From Dehalococcoidia bacterium (GTDB lineage: Bacteria; Chloroflexota; Dehalococcoidia; Plut-88900), in contig OZ240219.1 of NCBI GenBank assembly GCA_965197645.1, positions 2,880,001 through 2,944,000 of the forward strand: 64,000 nucleotides of DNA. Reading direction: 5' to 3'. The notes below the pieces were generated by a model. The model was not told the origin of the DNA, did not search any database, and was given only the letters and a program-made list of their open reading frames with translations. A program made the translations under genes and the position numbers. Positions 9,096 through 20,282 of this stretch are shown here, piece after piece (positions within the stretch are counted from its first letter, which is position 1; each line of letters opens with the position of its first letter).

Positions 9096-10210
9096 AAGGC
9101 CTCGCCATACTAGGGTCGACCGGCTCGATAGGCTGCCAGACCCTGGACGTCGTGCGTTCCTTCCCTGACCGCTTCCAGGTTGTTGGGCTGGCCGCCGGCC
9201 AAAAGTCGGACCTGTTGCTGCAACAGGTCGAGGAGTTCAAGCCCCGCGTCGTCTACTGCGCCGGCGAGACCCCCGAGCTCCGCAGCTCTTTGGACGGCCG
9301 CGTCGAATGGGCCACCCTCGAGGAGATCGCCACTCATCCCGACGTCGATGCCGTGATGGTGGCCACCGTCGGCCGCGTGGGCATCGGCCCCACCCTGGCA
9401 GCCATAAAGGCGGGCAAGACCATAGTCCTGGCCAACAAAGAGGTCATCGTAGCTGCGGGCCAGCTGGTGATGTCGGAAGCGGAACGCTTCGGTGTGCCGG
9501 TCCTGCCGGTGGACAGCGAGCCCAGCGCCATCTGGCAGTGCCTCCAGGGGGAGGAGGGGCTCCTATCGAAGATCATACTTACCGCCTCCGGCGGGCCCTT
9601 CCGAGACCGTCCCATGGATGAGCTTGCCGACGTCACCCCCGAAGAGGCCCTCAATCACCCCACCTGGAGCATGGGCAAGAAGATCACCGTAGATTCCTCG
9701 ACCCTGATGAACAAGGGTATGGAGGTGATCGAGTCCCGCTGGATTTTCGATGTGCCCTTCGAAAACATAGATGTGGTCGTCCATCCCCAGAGCATAGTCC
9801 ACTCCTTCGTCGAGTTTCAGGACGGATCGCTGAAGGCCCAGATCGGCCCCACTGATATGCGACTCCCCATCCAGTACGCCCTAACCCACCCGGAGCGGTG
9901 GCATAACGGGCGTACCCCTCGGATGGGCTCCCTGGCCCGGGAGCAGTTCACCTTTAGAGAGCTGGACCTGCAGCGCTACCCCTGCTTTTCCCTGGCGGTG
10001 GAAGCGGGCAAGAAGAGCGGTACCTATCCCGCCGCCATGAGCGCCGCCGACGAGGTCGCGGTGGACCTGTTCCTCAACCGGCGCATTGGGTTCAACGACA
10101 TCTACCACGTCGTGGACTCCGTTTTGGACAAACACACCCCCGTCTACAACCCCTCCATAGAGCAGATCCTGGAAGCCGATCGCTGGGCCCGCGCCGAAGC
10201 CGCCGGCTAG
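9080..10210 (+). CDS. dxr: 1-deoxy-D-xylulose 5-phosphate reductoisomerase
   Basis: LGSTGSIG, LANKE, PVDSE and HPTWSMGKKITVDS motifs. Confidence 0.98.
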   Translation: MGDRLKGLAILGSTGSIGCQTLDVVRSFPDRFQVVGLAAGQKSDLLLQQVEEFKPRVVYCAGETPELRSSLDGRVEWATLEEIATHPDVDAVMVATVGRVGIGPTLAAIKAGKTIVLANKEVIVAAGQLVMSEAERFGVPVLPVDSEPSAIWQCLQGEEGLLSKIILTASGGPFRDRPMDELADVTPEEALNHPTWSMGKKITVDSSTLMNKGMEVIESRWIFDVPFENIDVVVHPQSIVHSFVEFQDGSLKAQIGPTDMRLPIQYALTHPERWHNGRTPRMGSLAREQFTFRELDLQRYPCFSLAVEAGKKSGTYPAAMSAADEVAVDLFLNRRIGFNDIYHVVDSVLDKHTPVYNPSIEQILEADRWARAEAAG

Positions 10211-10211
10211 C

Positions 10212-11363
10212 ATGATCACCGTCCTCCTCTTCCTAGTCGTAATCAGTGTCCTCATCGTCATCCACGAGCTGGGCCACTTCTTCGCAGCCAAGGCCTTCGG
10301 AGTCCGGGTCGAGGAGTTCGCCATCGGGTTCCCTCCCCGTCTCTGGAGCGTTACCAGAGGCGAGACCCGCTACTCCATCAACGCTCTGCCTCTGGGAGGT
10401 TATGTAAAGCTCACTGGTGAGGAGGACCCCACCGATCCCCGCAGCCTGGCCGGCCGCCGTGCCCGCGTCCGGGCGACCATCATCGGGGCCGGCGTAGTCA
10501 TGAACTTCGTCCTCACCATCCTGCTTTTCATGGTCTTCTTCACCTTTCCTCCCTCGGTCGTCGATGCCCAGGTAGTGATAGGGGGCGTGAACCCTGGCTC
10601 CCCTGCCGCGCAGTCCGGCCTCCTGCCCAGAGACGTAGTTGTCATGACCGATGCAGAGATCAAACTGGGCGATCTTTCATCCGACCCTGTTCAACTCGAC
10701 GGTGATGATCCGGTCATCCAATACGACGGCACACCTGTGAATACTATTAACGATGTCATCACCTATACCAAGGCGAACCTGGGCAGCGAGATATCCCTCC
10801 TGGTTATGCGCAGTCTGGACGGGGTCGAGAGGCCCCTCATCGTTCGAATGGTGCCTCGGCGCTTCCCGCCGCCGGAGGAGGGCCCCGACAGCCACCTGGG
10901 CGTGCTCATAGGCACAACCGGCGGACGGATAGTCTCCAACTTCGATCCCAGCCTCGGCGTCATCCCGGAAAGCTTCAAGCAGGTCTACAACTTCATCACC
11001 ACTCTGGGGACGTCTATCGATAACATCTTCACCACGGAAGAGGGTCGCGACGGCATAGCAGGGCCCATCGGCATAGCCCAGGTCACCGGCGAGGTGGCCC
11101 GCAACGGCGTCCTGCCCCTCATCGGGTTCGTTGGAATCCTCAGCCTCCACCTGGCCATATTCAACATCCTGCCCATTCCGGCCTTGGACGGGGGCCGGAT
11201 GCTCTTCCTGGTCATAGAGGTGGTCCGGGGAGGCAAACGCGTCCCACCCCAACGAGAGGCACTGATTCACCTCGCAGGCTTCATGTTTCTCATCGCGCTG
11301 ATTATAATAATCAGCGGAAATGACATCCTGCGAATCATTCGCGGAGAAGACATCCTACAGTAG
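10212..11363 (+). CDS. rseP: RIP metalloprotease (M50, PDZ)
   Basis: HELGH and [11 protein letters not shown] motifs; synteny after dxr. Confidence 0.95.
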   Translation: MITVLLFLVVISVLIVIHELGHFFAAKAFGVRVEEFAIGFPPRLWSVTRGETRYSINALPLGGYVKLTGEEDPTDPRSLAGRRARVRATIIGAGVVMNFVLTILLFMVFFTFPPSVVDAQVVIGGVNPGSPAAQSGLLPRDVVVMTDAEIKLGDLSSDPVQLDGDDPVIQYDGTPVNTINDVITYTKANLGSEISLLVMRSLDGVERPLIVRMVPRRFPPPEEGPDSHLGVLIGTTGGRIVSNFDPSLGVIPESFKQVYNFITTLGTSIDNIFTTEEGRDGIAGPIGIAQVTGEVARNGVLPLIGFVGILSLHLAIFNILPIPALDGGRMLFLVIEVVRGGKRVPPQREALIHLAGFMFLIALIIIISGNDILRIIRGEDILQ

Positions 11364-11392
11364 CCCTTTACATCTCTCAGAGGTTATACGAC

Positions 11393-12601
11393 TTGAGTAA
11401 CAGTCCGACAAAAGTAGTAGACGTAGGCGGCGTTCCCATCGGAGGCGACAACCCCATCGTCGTCCAGTCTATGACCGATACCGATACCGCCGACATCGAC
11501 GCCACAGTTGCCCAGGTCAAGCTCCTTGCCGACGCCGGCAGCGAACTGGTCCGAGTGACCGTCAACAACGATGCCGCCGCAGCGGCCGTCCCCGAGATCC
11601 GCAAGCGCCTAGACGACCAGGGCTACGCCGTGCCCCTCATCGGCGACTTTCATTTTATCGGCCATCGTCTACTTCGCTCCCACCCCGACTGCGCCCAGAC
11701 CCTTGCCAAGCTCCGCATCAATCCCGGTAACGTCGGTCGCGGCGTCCGCCGGGACGAGAACTTCAGCACCTTCATAGAGGTAGCTCGGGACCTGGATAAA
11801 CCGGTCCGTATAGGGGTCAACGCCGGAAGCCTCGATCCCGAGCTTCTCGGCCGCAAGATGGATGCTAACGCTGGGCGTTCCGATCCCCTTTCCGCCGACG
11901 AAGTGGAGCGAGAGGCCCTCGTCGAGAGCGCCCTGGCCAGCGCCGAAGCCGCCGTGGACCTGGGGCTGCCGGAAAACAGGATCATACTATCCTGCAAGGT
12001 CTCCCGTTTACCCCAGATGGTGGAGGCCTACCGGACCCTTTCCCGCTCCAGTGATCTTCCCCTGCACCTAGGCCTGACCGAGGCCGGCATGGGCGCCAAG
12101 GGCATCGTCGTCACCACCGCAGCCCTATCCACCCTCCTTTACGAAGGAATCGGAGACACCATCAGGTCCAGCCTGACCCCCGAGCCCGGCGGAGACCGGG
12201 CCAGAGAGGTGCGGCTGTGCCAGGAGATACTACAATCCCTGGAGATTCGCTCCTTCCGACCCGCCGTTACCGCCTGCCCCGGTTGTGGCCGCACCACCTC
12301 ATCGCTGTTCCGGGAGCTTGCTCGGGATATCCAGGCCCACCTGGATGAGAAGATGCCCCAGTGGAAGTCCGGTTACCCGGGCAGCGAGGCCCTCAAGGTG
12401 GCGGTGATGGGCTGCGTTGTAAACGGTCCCGGCGAGTCCAAGAACGCCGACATCGGCATCTCACTGCCAGGCACCGGGGAGGCGCCCCGCGCTCCCGTCT
12501 TCATCAATGGTCAACGCTCCACCTTCCTCCAGGGCGCCACCATCGCCACTGATTTCATTCAACTGGTCGAGGACTACGTCCAGTCCCGCTGGGGCGCTTA
12601 G
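11393..12601 (+). CDS. ispG: HMBPP synthase
   Basis: [27 protein letters not shown] and [10 protein letters not shown] motifs. Confidence 0.98.
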   Translation: MSNSPTKVVDVGGVPIGGDNPIVVQSMTDTDTADIDATVAQVKLLADAGSELVRVTVNNDAAAAAVPEIRKRLDDQGYAVPLIGDFHFIGHRLLRSHPDCAQTLAKLRINPGNVGRGVRRDENFSTFIEVARDLDKPVRIGVNAGSLDPELLGRKMDANAGRSDPLSADEVEREALVESALASAEAAVDLGLPENRIILSCKVSRLPQMVEAYRTLSRSSDLPLHLGLTEAGMGAKGIVVTTAALSTLLYEGIGDTIRSSLTPEPGGDRAREVRLCQEILQSLEIRSFRPAVTACPGCGRTTSSLFRELARDIQAHLDEKMPQWKSGYPGSEALKVAVMGCVVNGPGESKNADIGISLPGTGEAPRAPVFINGQRSTFLQGATIATDFIQLVEDYVQSRWGA

Positions 12602-13278
12602 CTCTCGCCTTCTTGCCTGATCAGCTCCTCCTTCACCGTCTGCGGAAAATCGGATACTATCCCGTCCGGCCTCATTCCCATCGCCGCTATCACTTCCTCC
12701 TCACTCTCGCTCCCCCAAACAAACGCCAGGTACCCGGCCCGCCGAATGCCCCTGATACGCTCAGCGGAAGCGTGAGGGAACCTGACACCGACCCCCTGCC
12801 CGCCCACCGACTCCAGCACTTTCTCCAGACCTCCGGGAGGCACATCGGTAATCAGGCCACGCCTCAGTTCCGGCGCCAGCTCGGCCACCTTTGCGATCAA
12901 CCGGGGATCAAAGGAGCTTATAGACACGTCCTCCGGCTTCGCCCAGGCCCCGACCACTTCCAGGAACCTCTGGACCGATCGTATGGAGTGCAGGTCCAGC
13001 ATCATCCTCGTCCGGCCGATGCACCTCTCCAATGTCTCCTCCAGCGTCGGAATCCGATACTCCCCTTCCAGCCTCGCAGCCCGCACCTGCTCCAGGGATA
13101 ACAGGCCCACCTCGGCGCCCTGCAGGGTTGGTTCGTGATAGATGACGAACCGGCCGTCCGATGTCTCCTGGACGTCGCACTCAATCCCATCCACCCCCAG
13201 CTCGATGGCCGCCTCGAACGCCTCCAGAGTGTTATCGGGAAACCGCTTGCTCCACCCTCTGTGTGCTATGTTCAGCAT
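12598..13278 (-). CDS. Glycerophosphodiester phosphodiesterase family protein
   Basis: [19 protein letters not shown] and DGIVSDFP motifs; start trimmed to ATG 13278. Confidence 0.9.
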   Translation of the reverse strand: MLNIAHRGWSKRFPDNTLEAFEAAIELGVDGIECDVQETSDGRFVIYHEPTLQGAEVGLLSLEQVRAARLEGEYRIPTLEETLERCIGRTRMMLDLHSIRSVQRFLEVVGAWAKPEDVSISSFDPRLIAKVAELAPELRRGLITDVPPGGLEKVLESVGGQGVGVRFPHASAERIRGIRRAGYLAFVWGSESEEEVIAAMGMRPDGIVSDFPQTVKEELIRQEGES

Positions 13279-13401
13279 CCAACATACCGCCTTGGCCGGT
13301 GTTGCTCCTATAATACCTCTCTGCGGAGGTGTTACAATTGAGCGGCCCAGCCGGCCGGCCACTGTAAGCGATCAGGAAGACCGTATGAGAATGTCCCGCC
13401 C

Positions 13402-15105
13402 ATGAAAATGTCGAGAATGTTCGGCAAGACCCTTCGCCAGGACCCGTCCGAGGCTGAGACCGTCAGCCACAGCCTGATGCTGAAGGCCGGAATGATCCAT
13501 CAGGTCTCCTCGGGGGTCTACAGCTACATGCCTCTGGCGTGGCGAGTGCTGCGGAACATCGAGCAGGTCATCCGCGAGGAGATGAACGCCTCCGGAGGCG
13601 AAGAGGTGCGCATGCCCGTCGTTCAGCCCCGGGAGCTGTGGGAAGCCACGGGCCGGGTCGAAGCCATGGGCGACACACTCTTCACCCTCAACGACCGGCG
13701 CGAACGACCGCTCGTGCTTGCTCCGACCCACGAAGAGGTCATCACCCAGATGGCAAAGCAGCACGTCCACAGCTACAAGGATCTCCCGCTGCTTCCCTAC
13801 CAGATCCAGACCAAGTTCCGCGATGAACCTCGACCCCGAGGTGGGCTCCTTCGGGTGCGGGAGTTCGACATGAAGGACCTATACAGCATGGACCTGGACC
13901 AGGAGGGCCTGGACGTCAGCTATCAGAAGATGATGAAGGCCTACTTCAACATCTACTCCCGGTGCGGTCTCCCGTCCATGGCAGTAGAGGCCGATAGCGG
14001 GGCCATAGGAGGCAAGGACTCCCACGAGTTCATCCTCGTTGCCGACAGCGGCGAGGACCTGGTCATCCAGTGCCAGAGCTGCGGATACGCCGCCAACCTG
14101 GAGCGGGCCGCCAGCGTGAAATCGGACCAGCCCGACGAGGAGCCGTTGCCCCTGGAGGAGGTCTCCACCCCCGGCGTCGGCACCATAGCGGGTCTCGCCG
14201 ACTTCGTGGGAGTACCCGAGAGCAAGACCCTGAAGGCCGTGTTCTACAGCGCCGACGGCAAGGTGGTCTTCGTCGTCATTCGCGGCGACCTGGAGGTCAA
14301 CGAGATCAAGCTCAAGAACCTGCTCCACGCCAACGACCTTCGCCTCGCCACCGACGATGAGGTCAAGGCCGCCGGTCTGGTGGCCGGTTCCGCCTCGCCC
14401 ATAGGCATAACCGACCTCAACAGGGTGGCGGACGATTCCATCACCAAGGGCGCCAACTTCGTGGTCGGCGCCAACAAGCCCGATACACACCTGAAGAACG
14501 CCAACTACCCCCGGGACTTCCAGGTGGACGTCATGACCGATATCTCCGAGGCCCAGGAAGGGCACGGCTGCCCCCAGTGCAGCAATCCGCTTTCGATAAC
14601 GCGGGGCATCGAGGTGGGTCACATATTCAAGCTGGGCACCTTCTACAGCGAGGCACTGGGGGCCCACTATCTGGACCGGAGCGGACAGCTGCAGCCCATC
14701 GTGATGGGGTGCTACGGCATCGGGGTCGGCAGGCTGATGGCCGCCGCCATCGAGCAGAACCATGATGACGCCGGCATCATCTGGCCCGTTCCCATCGCTC
14801 CGTACGGCGTCCACATCTGCGCACTATCCGCCGATAAACAGGAGGTCAGTGATTCCGCCGGCAACCTGTACGATCGGCTCCAGTCCGAGGGGATCGAGAC
14901 CCTCTACGACGACCGCGAAGAGTCTCCCGGCGTCAAGTTCAACGATGCCGATCTGTTGGGAATGCCCATTCGCCTGACAGTAAGCCCGAGAAATCTCAAG
15001 TCGGGTAGCGTCGAGCTCAAACAGCGGCACGAAAAGGAGGCCATTATGGTTGGGCACGAAGAGGTGGTGCAAAGGGTTAAGGAGCTGCTGGCTGACCATC
15101 GTTGA
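13402..15105 (+). CDS. proS: Proline-tRNA ligase (bacterial type with editing domain)
   Basis: LAPTHEE, KFRDEPRPRGGLLRVREF, GHIFKLG and MGCYGIG motifs. Confidence 0.99.
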   Translation: MKMSRMFGKTLRQDPSEAETVSHSLMLKAGMIHQVSSGVYSYMPLAWRVLRNIEQVIREEMNASGGEEVRMPVVQPRELWEATGRVEAMGDTLFTLNDRRERPLVLAPTHEEVITQMAKQHVHSYKDLPLLPYQIQTKFRDEPRPRGGLLRVREFDMKDLYSMDLDQEGLDVSYQKMMKAYFNIYSRCGLPSMAVEADSGAIGGKDSHEFILVADSGEDLVIQCQSCGYAANLERAASVKSDQPDEEPLPLEEVSTPGVGTIAGLADFVGVPESKTLKAVFYSADGKVVFVVIRGDLEVNEIKLKNLLHANDLRLATDDEVKAAGLVAGSASPIGITDLNRVADDSITKGANFVVGANKPDTHLKNANYPRDFQVDVMTDISEAQEGHGCPQCSNPLSITRGIEVGHIFKLGTFYSEALGAHYLDRSGQLQPIVMGCYGIGVGRLMAAAIEQNHDDAGIIWPVPIAPYGVHICALSADKQEVSDSAGNLYDRLQSEGIETLYDDREESPGVKFNDADLLGMPIRLTVSPRNLKSGSVELKQRHEKEAIMVGHEEVVQRVKELLADHR

Positions 15106-15167
15106 CCGCCCCCCTAGCTTCTGCCCCGTTCCCTGGTGGTATATAATCCTATCAAGGGAGAGAGCCA

Positions 15168-16304
15168 ATGCGCTTCGATAGCACCCTCTACTACCACTTC
15201 GGCGAAGAGTACGAGTGGGAGACCCTGATCGGGGAGTTTCGGGAGTGGGTCGGCATGTTGGACCAGGGTGGCTTCACCACCGCCTGGATGGCCGAGCACC
15301 ACTTCCACTGGGACGGCTGGACACGAGCCCCCACCAACCCCATACTGCTCGGCTCGGGCCTGATCTCCGAGACCAAGAACATCCGCATAGGTCAATGCGG
15401 AGTGATCCTGCCCGACTGGCATCCCATCCGCGTCGCCGAGGACATCGCCCTGCTGGACCACCTAACCAAGGGCCGCATCGAGTTCGGCATAGCCCGAGGT
15501 TTCGATAACCGGGCGTCCAAGCAGTTCAACGTCAACGCCGATAGACAGAACCCCAAGCTCAACTTCGCCCTCTTCGCCGAGAGCCTGGACGTGGTCCTGA
15601 AGGCTTGGAAAGAGGACGTATTCACCTTCGATGGCGAGTTCTACAAGTTCCCGGTGCCGGGTTGGAAGGAGAACAACCCCGTAACCTACGACCCGGTGTA
15701 TCACAACCCGGACGGCCAGCTCAAAGCCTTCAATGTGCTTCCCAAGCCCTACCAGAAACCCCATCCTCCCATATTCCAGATGGCCGATTCGGAAGGGTCC
15801 CACAAGTTTGCCGGTTCAAGGGGTATCGGCACCATATGCATGTGGAGCACCACGTCCAAGATGAACCAGCTCAGGGACATTCATCGCGCCGCCGTAAAGC
15901 AAGCGGGAGCGGAGCAGCCCCACGGCGAGCATCTGGCCGTGATGAGACCCACCTACGTAGCCGAGACCTACGAGGAAGCGGTCAACGACACCCGATGGGG
16001 CATGAACCTCCGACAGAATTTCTCCGGCGGCAACGAGTGGAGAAGGACCATGGGCGCCGGAGAGCTGACCAACGACGATCTGAACAAAGACGCCCTGGAT
16101 TTCTACCTGGAGAACGATCTCGTATTCGTAGGTTCCCCCGAATCGGTTGGGGACCAGATCGAAAGGTTAATCGCCGAGACGGACTGCCGGCACCTGGCTC
16201 TGTTCCACAACACCCCCGGCCTCACCTTCGATAAGGTGAAGCGCAGCCTGTCTCTCTTCGCCGAGAAGGTTATCCCTCGCTTCCAGGACGCCAACGGGGG
16301 CTAG
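15168..16304 (+). CDS. Luciferase-like flavin monooxygenase (LLM)
   Basis: AEHHF, HPIRVAEDIALLDHLTKGR and PKPYQKPHPP motifs. Confidence 0.92.
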   Translation: MRFDSTLYYHFGEEYEWETLIGEFREWVGMLDQGGFTTAWMAEHHFHWDGWTRAPTNPILLGSGLISETKNIRIGQCGVILPDWHPIRVAEDIALLDHLTKGRIEFGIARGFDNRASKQFNVNADRQNPKLNFALFAESLDVVLKAWKEDVFTFDGEFYKFPVPGWKENNPVTYDPVYHNPDGQLKAFNVLPKPYQKPHPPIFQMADSEGSHKFAGSRGIGTICMWSTTSKMNQLRDIHRAAVKQAGAEQPHGEHLAVMRPTYVAETYEEAVNDTRWGMNLRQNFSGGNEWRRTMGAGELTNDDLNKDALDFYLENDLVFVGSPESVGDQIERLIAETDCRHLALFHNTPGLTFDKVKRSLSLFAEKVIPRFQDANGG

Positions 16305-16390
16305 AGCACCGTCGTCTCTGGCCGCTCAATCTGTCCGAGCCATCCTGAGGAATCTCTGGAACTGACCCGTTTTTCGAGTCAGTGTGGAAT

Positions 16391-16550
16391 GGACGGACGT
16401 CTTTGTCCCACCCACCCGCGGAAGGTTTTACAATTGGGGGCACATCCCCCAAGCCCCCGCAGGTGGAAAGACTGACGCTAACCTTCCCCGACGGTTGCGT
16501 AGCCGAACCCCGACCTGCCATTGAGGAAAAGAAACCCTCTGGAATCCCTC
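16391..16550. repeat. Palindromic intergenic repeat family B, copy 1
   Basis: Shares GGACG.ACGTCTT, TTGGGGGCACATCCCCCAA (16434-16452) and CCCTCTGGA.TCCCT with 25505-25607. Confidence 0.75.
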
Positions 16551-16571
16551 AATGCGGGATTCTAAGCAGGA

Positions 16572-17417
16572 TCAGGCCACAAACTTGGCGTACCTGTCCA
16601 GCAGCGGCTCCACCTGCTCCCGCTCCTCCGAGGGCAGGCTGAAGATGAGCCTGTCCACACCAATCTCGCCGAGCTTGCCTATCTCATCTTGGTCAGGCGC
16701 CGTCCCGAATATGGAGATCTTCACCGAGTCCTTGGCCCTACCCGCTTCTTCCAGCCGCCGGTGCAGCTCCGCTATCTTTCCGGGCAGCACGTCGACATAC
16801 CCGTCTCCTCTTCCTATCGGCACCCATCCCTCGCAGTAGTCCACGACCCTATCAAACGTGGTCGGTCCATCACCGCCCATGATCACCGGCGGATGGGGTT
16901 GCTGGACCGGCTTGGGGTGGGACCAGACCGGATCGAAGTCAACGTAGTCGCCGTGATATTCCGCCTCTTCCTTGGTCCACATCTCCTTCATCGCCAGTAC
17001 CCGTTCCCGGAGCACCCGCCACCTAGATTTGTAGGACACGCCCTGGTTCTCTATCTCCTCGACGTTCCAGCCGCCGCCGATCCCGAACAGCACCCGCCCG
17101 CCCGATAGCCGGTCCAGGCTCGCTACCTCCTTGGCCGTCGTAATTGGGTCCCGCTGGATGAGCAGACAGATGCCCGTCGCCAGCTTCAGATTCGTCGTCA
17201 CCGAGGCCGCGGCCGTCAATGCCACGAACGGATCGTAGGCGTGCCAGTACTGCTTCGGCAGGTCGCCTCCGCCGGGAAAGGCCGTCTCTCGGCTGGCCGG
17301 TATGTGGGTGTGCTCCGGCAGCCAGAGGGAATCGAAGCCCCGCTCCTCTACCAGCCTCGCCAGATCGTCGGGCCGAATAGCGTAGTCCGTGGCGAACATG
17401 CTGATGCCGTATAACAT
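16572..17417 (-). CDS. LLM-class oxidoreductase, probably F420-dependent (Rv2161c-like)
   Basis: SLWLPEHTHIP, DPFVAL, AKEVASLDRLSGGR and GGGWNVEE motifs; GGAGG RBS before ATG 17417. Confidence 0.9.
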   Translation of the reverse strand: MLYGISMFATDYAIRPDDLARLVEERGFDSLWLPEHTHIPASRETAFPGGGDLPKQYWHAYDPFVALTAAASVTTNLKLATGICLLIQRDPITTAKEVASLDRLSGGRVLFGIGGGWNVEEIENQGVSYKSRWRVLRERVLAMKEMWTKEEAEYHGDYVDFDPVWSHPKPVQQPHPPVIMGGDGPTTFDRVVDYCEGWVPIGRGDGYVDVLPGKIAELHRRLEEAGRAKDSVKISIFGTAPDQDEIGKLGEIGVDRLIFSLPSEEREQVEPLLDRYAKFVA

Positions 17418-17758
17418 AGCTCCTCCTGCTTTAACGATCTTTGTCACGCTACGAGGATACACCCGAAAGCAGGCCCTTTAAAGACCGGCTCCGTATGATC
17501 GCTCTGTCTTACGTTGGGGCGGTCCCGGGTTTTGCCTCCGGGCCACCCTCACCCTTTCAGTCCGGTTCCCCGCGGTAGTATCATTCGCAAGTGAGTCTAC
17601 TTCAGACTACCGCATCGAGGAAGCCCAGACGGTTTCTCTCCTTTCATGGCCGACCTCGATTCGACGGCACAACCGACCGTGAACGTCGATACCTCCGTTT
17701 CCCACTGGGAGGGCCGGGGCAATGACCTCCAAGGGCGACGGAGCCGTAGGAGCGAACT

Positions 17759-18931
17759 TTGAAACGTAGCGCGGACGTGGTGATAGTAGGCGGGGGCATC
17801 GTGGGATGCGCTTGCGCTTACTTCCTCAGCCAGGAGGGCGCCAAGGTCATTATCGTGGAACGAGACCGGATCGGAGGCGGCGCTACCGGTCACTCTCCCG
17901 GCGGCTTTGGTATCTCCCTCGCCTACTTCGAGCCACCGGAGCACGCCCGGTTCATGCGTCAGGGCATCAATCTCCTGAAGTGGATAGCTCCCAGGGTGGC
18001 CGAAGATGCGGATATCGATATCCTGATGCGAGAGGTGCCACGGCTGGAGGTGGCTCGTTCCGAGGATACCTGGGGGTACATCAAGGAATGGGCCCCCAGG
18101 GTAGGCATGCTGCGCCTGGATGCCGATGAGGTGATGCGCCTGGAACCCCGGCTCGGCCCGCCCGTCTACGGCGGGGCAGTGCAGGAAGGCGCCGGCCAAG
18201 TCGATGCCTACAGGCTGAACCTCGCCTTTGCCAAAGCCGCAGAGATTCAGGGCGCCAAGGTAACTATCGATGAGGTAACCGGACTGGACAGATCGGGAGG
18301 CAAAGTAACAGGTGTCAGGGGCTCCACGGACACCATAAGCTGCGATAATGTGGTCCTCGCCATGGGGGCTTGGACGGACAAAGCGGAACGGTGGGTCGAT
18401 TTCCCCCTGCCCATCGGCCCTCTCAAAGGCGAGATCCTTGCCCTCAAACCGGACAAAGTCACCCACTGGCCCTTCTGGGTCATGAGCGAGGAGAAGGATG
18501 AGAACGGTCAGGAGGTGCCCGTTTTCGTCCACATGCGCGCCGACGGAATCATCCACACCGGCGTTACGGTGGAGCCTGGTCTCTACGACGACACTCCCAC
18601 CGAGGCTGGACGAAGAGGGATGATGGACAGAGCGCTTCGGCTGATGCCCTGCCTATCCGATGCCGAGCTGGTCGGACACACGGCAGGCCCCCGTCCCAAC
18701 CCGCCCGACGGCACTACCGTAATCGGTCCCGTTCCGGGTGTGGAAGGCGCCTTCGTCGCTGCCAGCCTTCCTGGGATCATCAACAGCGCCATCATGGGCC
18801 GTACCATCGCAGACCTGATCTACGATCGCCCTTTCCTGGCGCCCATCGATTCTTTCCTGCCAGCCCTACTCATCGATGCTCCCCAGACCAGGTACGGTCA
18901 CGGCCGGCAGATCGAAAACCGCTCGGTGTAA
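17759..18931 (+). CDS. FAD-dependent oxidoreductase (glycine oxidase/DAO family), paralog 1
   Basis: VIVGGGIVG Rossmann motif, PLKGE, and AGPRP.PPDG..VIG. Confidence 0.9.
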   Translation: MKRSADVVIVGGGIVGCACAYFLSQEGAKVIIVERDRIGGGATGHSPGGFGISLAYFEPPEHARFMRQGINLLKWIAPRVAEDADIDILMREVPRLEVARSEDTWGYIKEWAPRVGMLRLDADEVMRLEPRLGPPVYGGAVQEGAGQVDAYRLNLAFAKAAEIQGAKVTIDEVTGLDRSGGKVTGVRGSTDTISCDNVVLAMGAWTDKAERWVDFPLPIGPLKGEILALKPDKVTHWPFWVMSEEKDENGQEVPVFVHMRADGIIHTGVTVEPGLYDDTPTEAGRRGMMDRALRLMPCLSDAELVGHTAGPRPNPPDGTTVIGPVPGVEGAFVAASLPGIINSAIMGRTIADLIYDRPFLAPIDSFLPALLIDAPQTRYGHGRQIENRSV

Positions 18932-18977
18932 CCTGTTCATAGGCGCTTTCAATGCTGGAGTTGAACGGAGATAGAAC

Positions 18978-20147
18978 GTGAAACGCAGTGCAGACGTAGT
19001 AATCGTAGGTGGAGGCATCGTAGGGTGCTCATGCGCCTATTTCCTCAGCCGGGAAGGGGCCAAAGTCGTCATTGTAGAGCGAGACGGCATCGGGAGCGGC
19101 GCGTCAGGCCACGGCGCAGGAGGTTTCGGGGTGCCCCTCCACTACAACGAGCCCATCGAGCACGCCCGGTTCATGAAGCAGGCCGTCAACTTCCTGAAGT
19201 GGATGGCGCCGCGGGTCGCCGAAGAGGCCGGCATCGATGTCCTGTGGAGGGAGATGCCCTGGCTCGAGGTCGCCCGCACCGAGCCCACACTGGGCTACAT
19301 GAAGGAATGGGCCCCCAGCCTCGGGCACGAGGTATTGGGCGCCGATGAGGTCCGACGTCTGGAGCCCCGCCTGTCTCCTGCAGTCTTCGGCGGCGTAGTA
19401 GTCGAGGGTAACGGCCAGGTCGACTCCTACCGGCTCACCCTGGCCTATGCGCGAGGCGCAGAAAGCAATGGTGCGGAAGTCGTCATCGAAGAAGCCGTTA
19501 ACCTCCGCCGGACGGGAGGAAAGGTGACCGCAGTAGATACCGCGGCAGGCCTCATCGAGTGCGACAGCGTGGTCCTGACCATGGGCGCCTGGATGAACAG
19601 TGCAGGACCCTGGGCCGAATTCCCCCTTCCCATCTCCCCCTTGAAGGGAGAGCTTCTTCTCCTAGATTATCCGGGCAGCGAATACTGGCCCTACTGGGTC
19701 GTGGGCTACGACACCTCGCCCGGCGAGGAGCTGTCCACCTACCTGCATATGCGCGCCGACGGTGTACTATCCGCGGGCAGCACCACCGAGCCAGGCCTGT
19801 ACGACAGCACCCCCACCGAGAAGGCACGGAACGGGATCATGCAACGGGCCGTCCGCCTCATGCCCGGAGTAGCCGAATCCCAGCTCTCCGGTCACGTGGC
19901 CGGGCCTCGCCCCAGCCCCCCGGACGGCACCACCGTCCTCGGTCCAATCCCCGGCTGGGAAGGGCTCTACGCCGCTGTCTCCGCACCCGGCATCATGTGC
20001 AGCGCTTTCATGGGCAACATGATCAAAGACCTTATCTACGACAACCCGCTCCTGTTCCCCATCGAACCCCTGCATCCCAGAAAGCTGACCGAGCCGGTCA
20101 AGGAGCGCTACGGCTACCGGAGGTTCCTCCCCGACCCGGTGATCTAG
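18978..20147 (+). CDS. FAD-dependent oxidoreductase (glycine oxidase/DAO family), paralog 2
   Basis: Same motifs; N-terminus nearly identical to paralog 1. Confidence 0.9.
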   Translation: MKRSADVVIVGGGIVGCSCAYFLSREGAKVVIVERDGIGSGASGHGAGGFGVPLHYNEPIEHARFMKQAVNFLKWMAPRVAEEAGIDVLWREMPWLEVARTEPTLGYMKEWAPSLGHEVLGADEVRRLEPRLSPAVFGGVVVEGNGQVDSYRLTLAYARGAESNGAEVVIEEAVNLRRTGGKVTAVDTAAGLIECDSVVLTMGAWMNSAGPWAEFPLPISPLKGELLLLDYPGSEYWPYWVVGYDTSPGEELSTYLHMRADGVLSAGSTTEPGLYDSTPTEKARNGIMQRAVRLMPGVAESQLSGHVAGPRPSPPDGTTVLGPIPGWEGLYAAVSAPGIMCSAFMGNMIKDLIYDNPLLFPIEPLHPRKLTEPVKERYGYRRFLPDPVI

Positions 20148-20226
20148 CCTCTTGCATCGGGAAACCGGCTGGCAAATGTTGTGCTAGGGAACAACCATCT
20201 CCACATCTTGAGCGTGGCCTCCTGCC

Positions 20227-20255
20227 TTGACACCCTCACCACCTTGGACTACCTT
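20227..20255 (+). promoter_or_regulatory. Putative sigma70 promoter
   Basis: TTGACA-17 nt-TACCTT upstream of GGAGG and ATG 20283. Confidence 0.55.
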
Positions 20256-20282
20256 CTTCCTATCAACCGGAGGTGGTGAACC

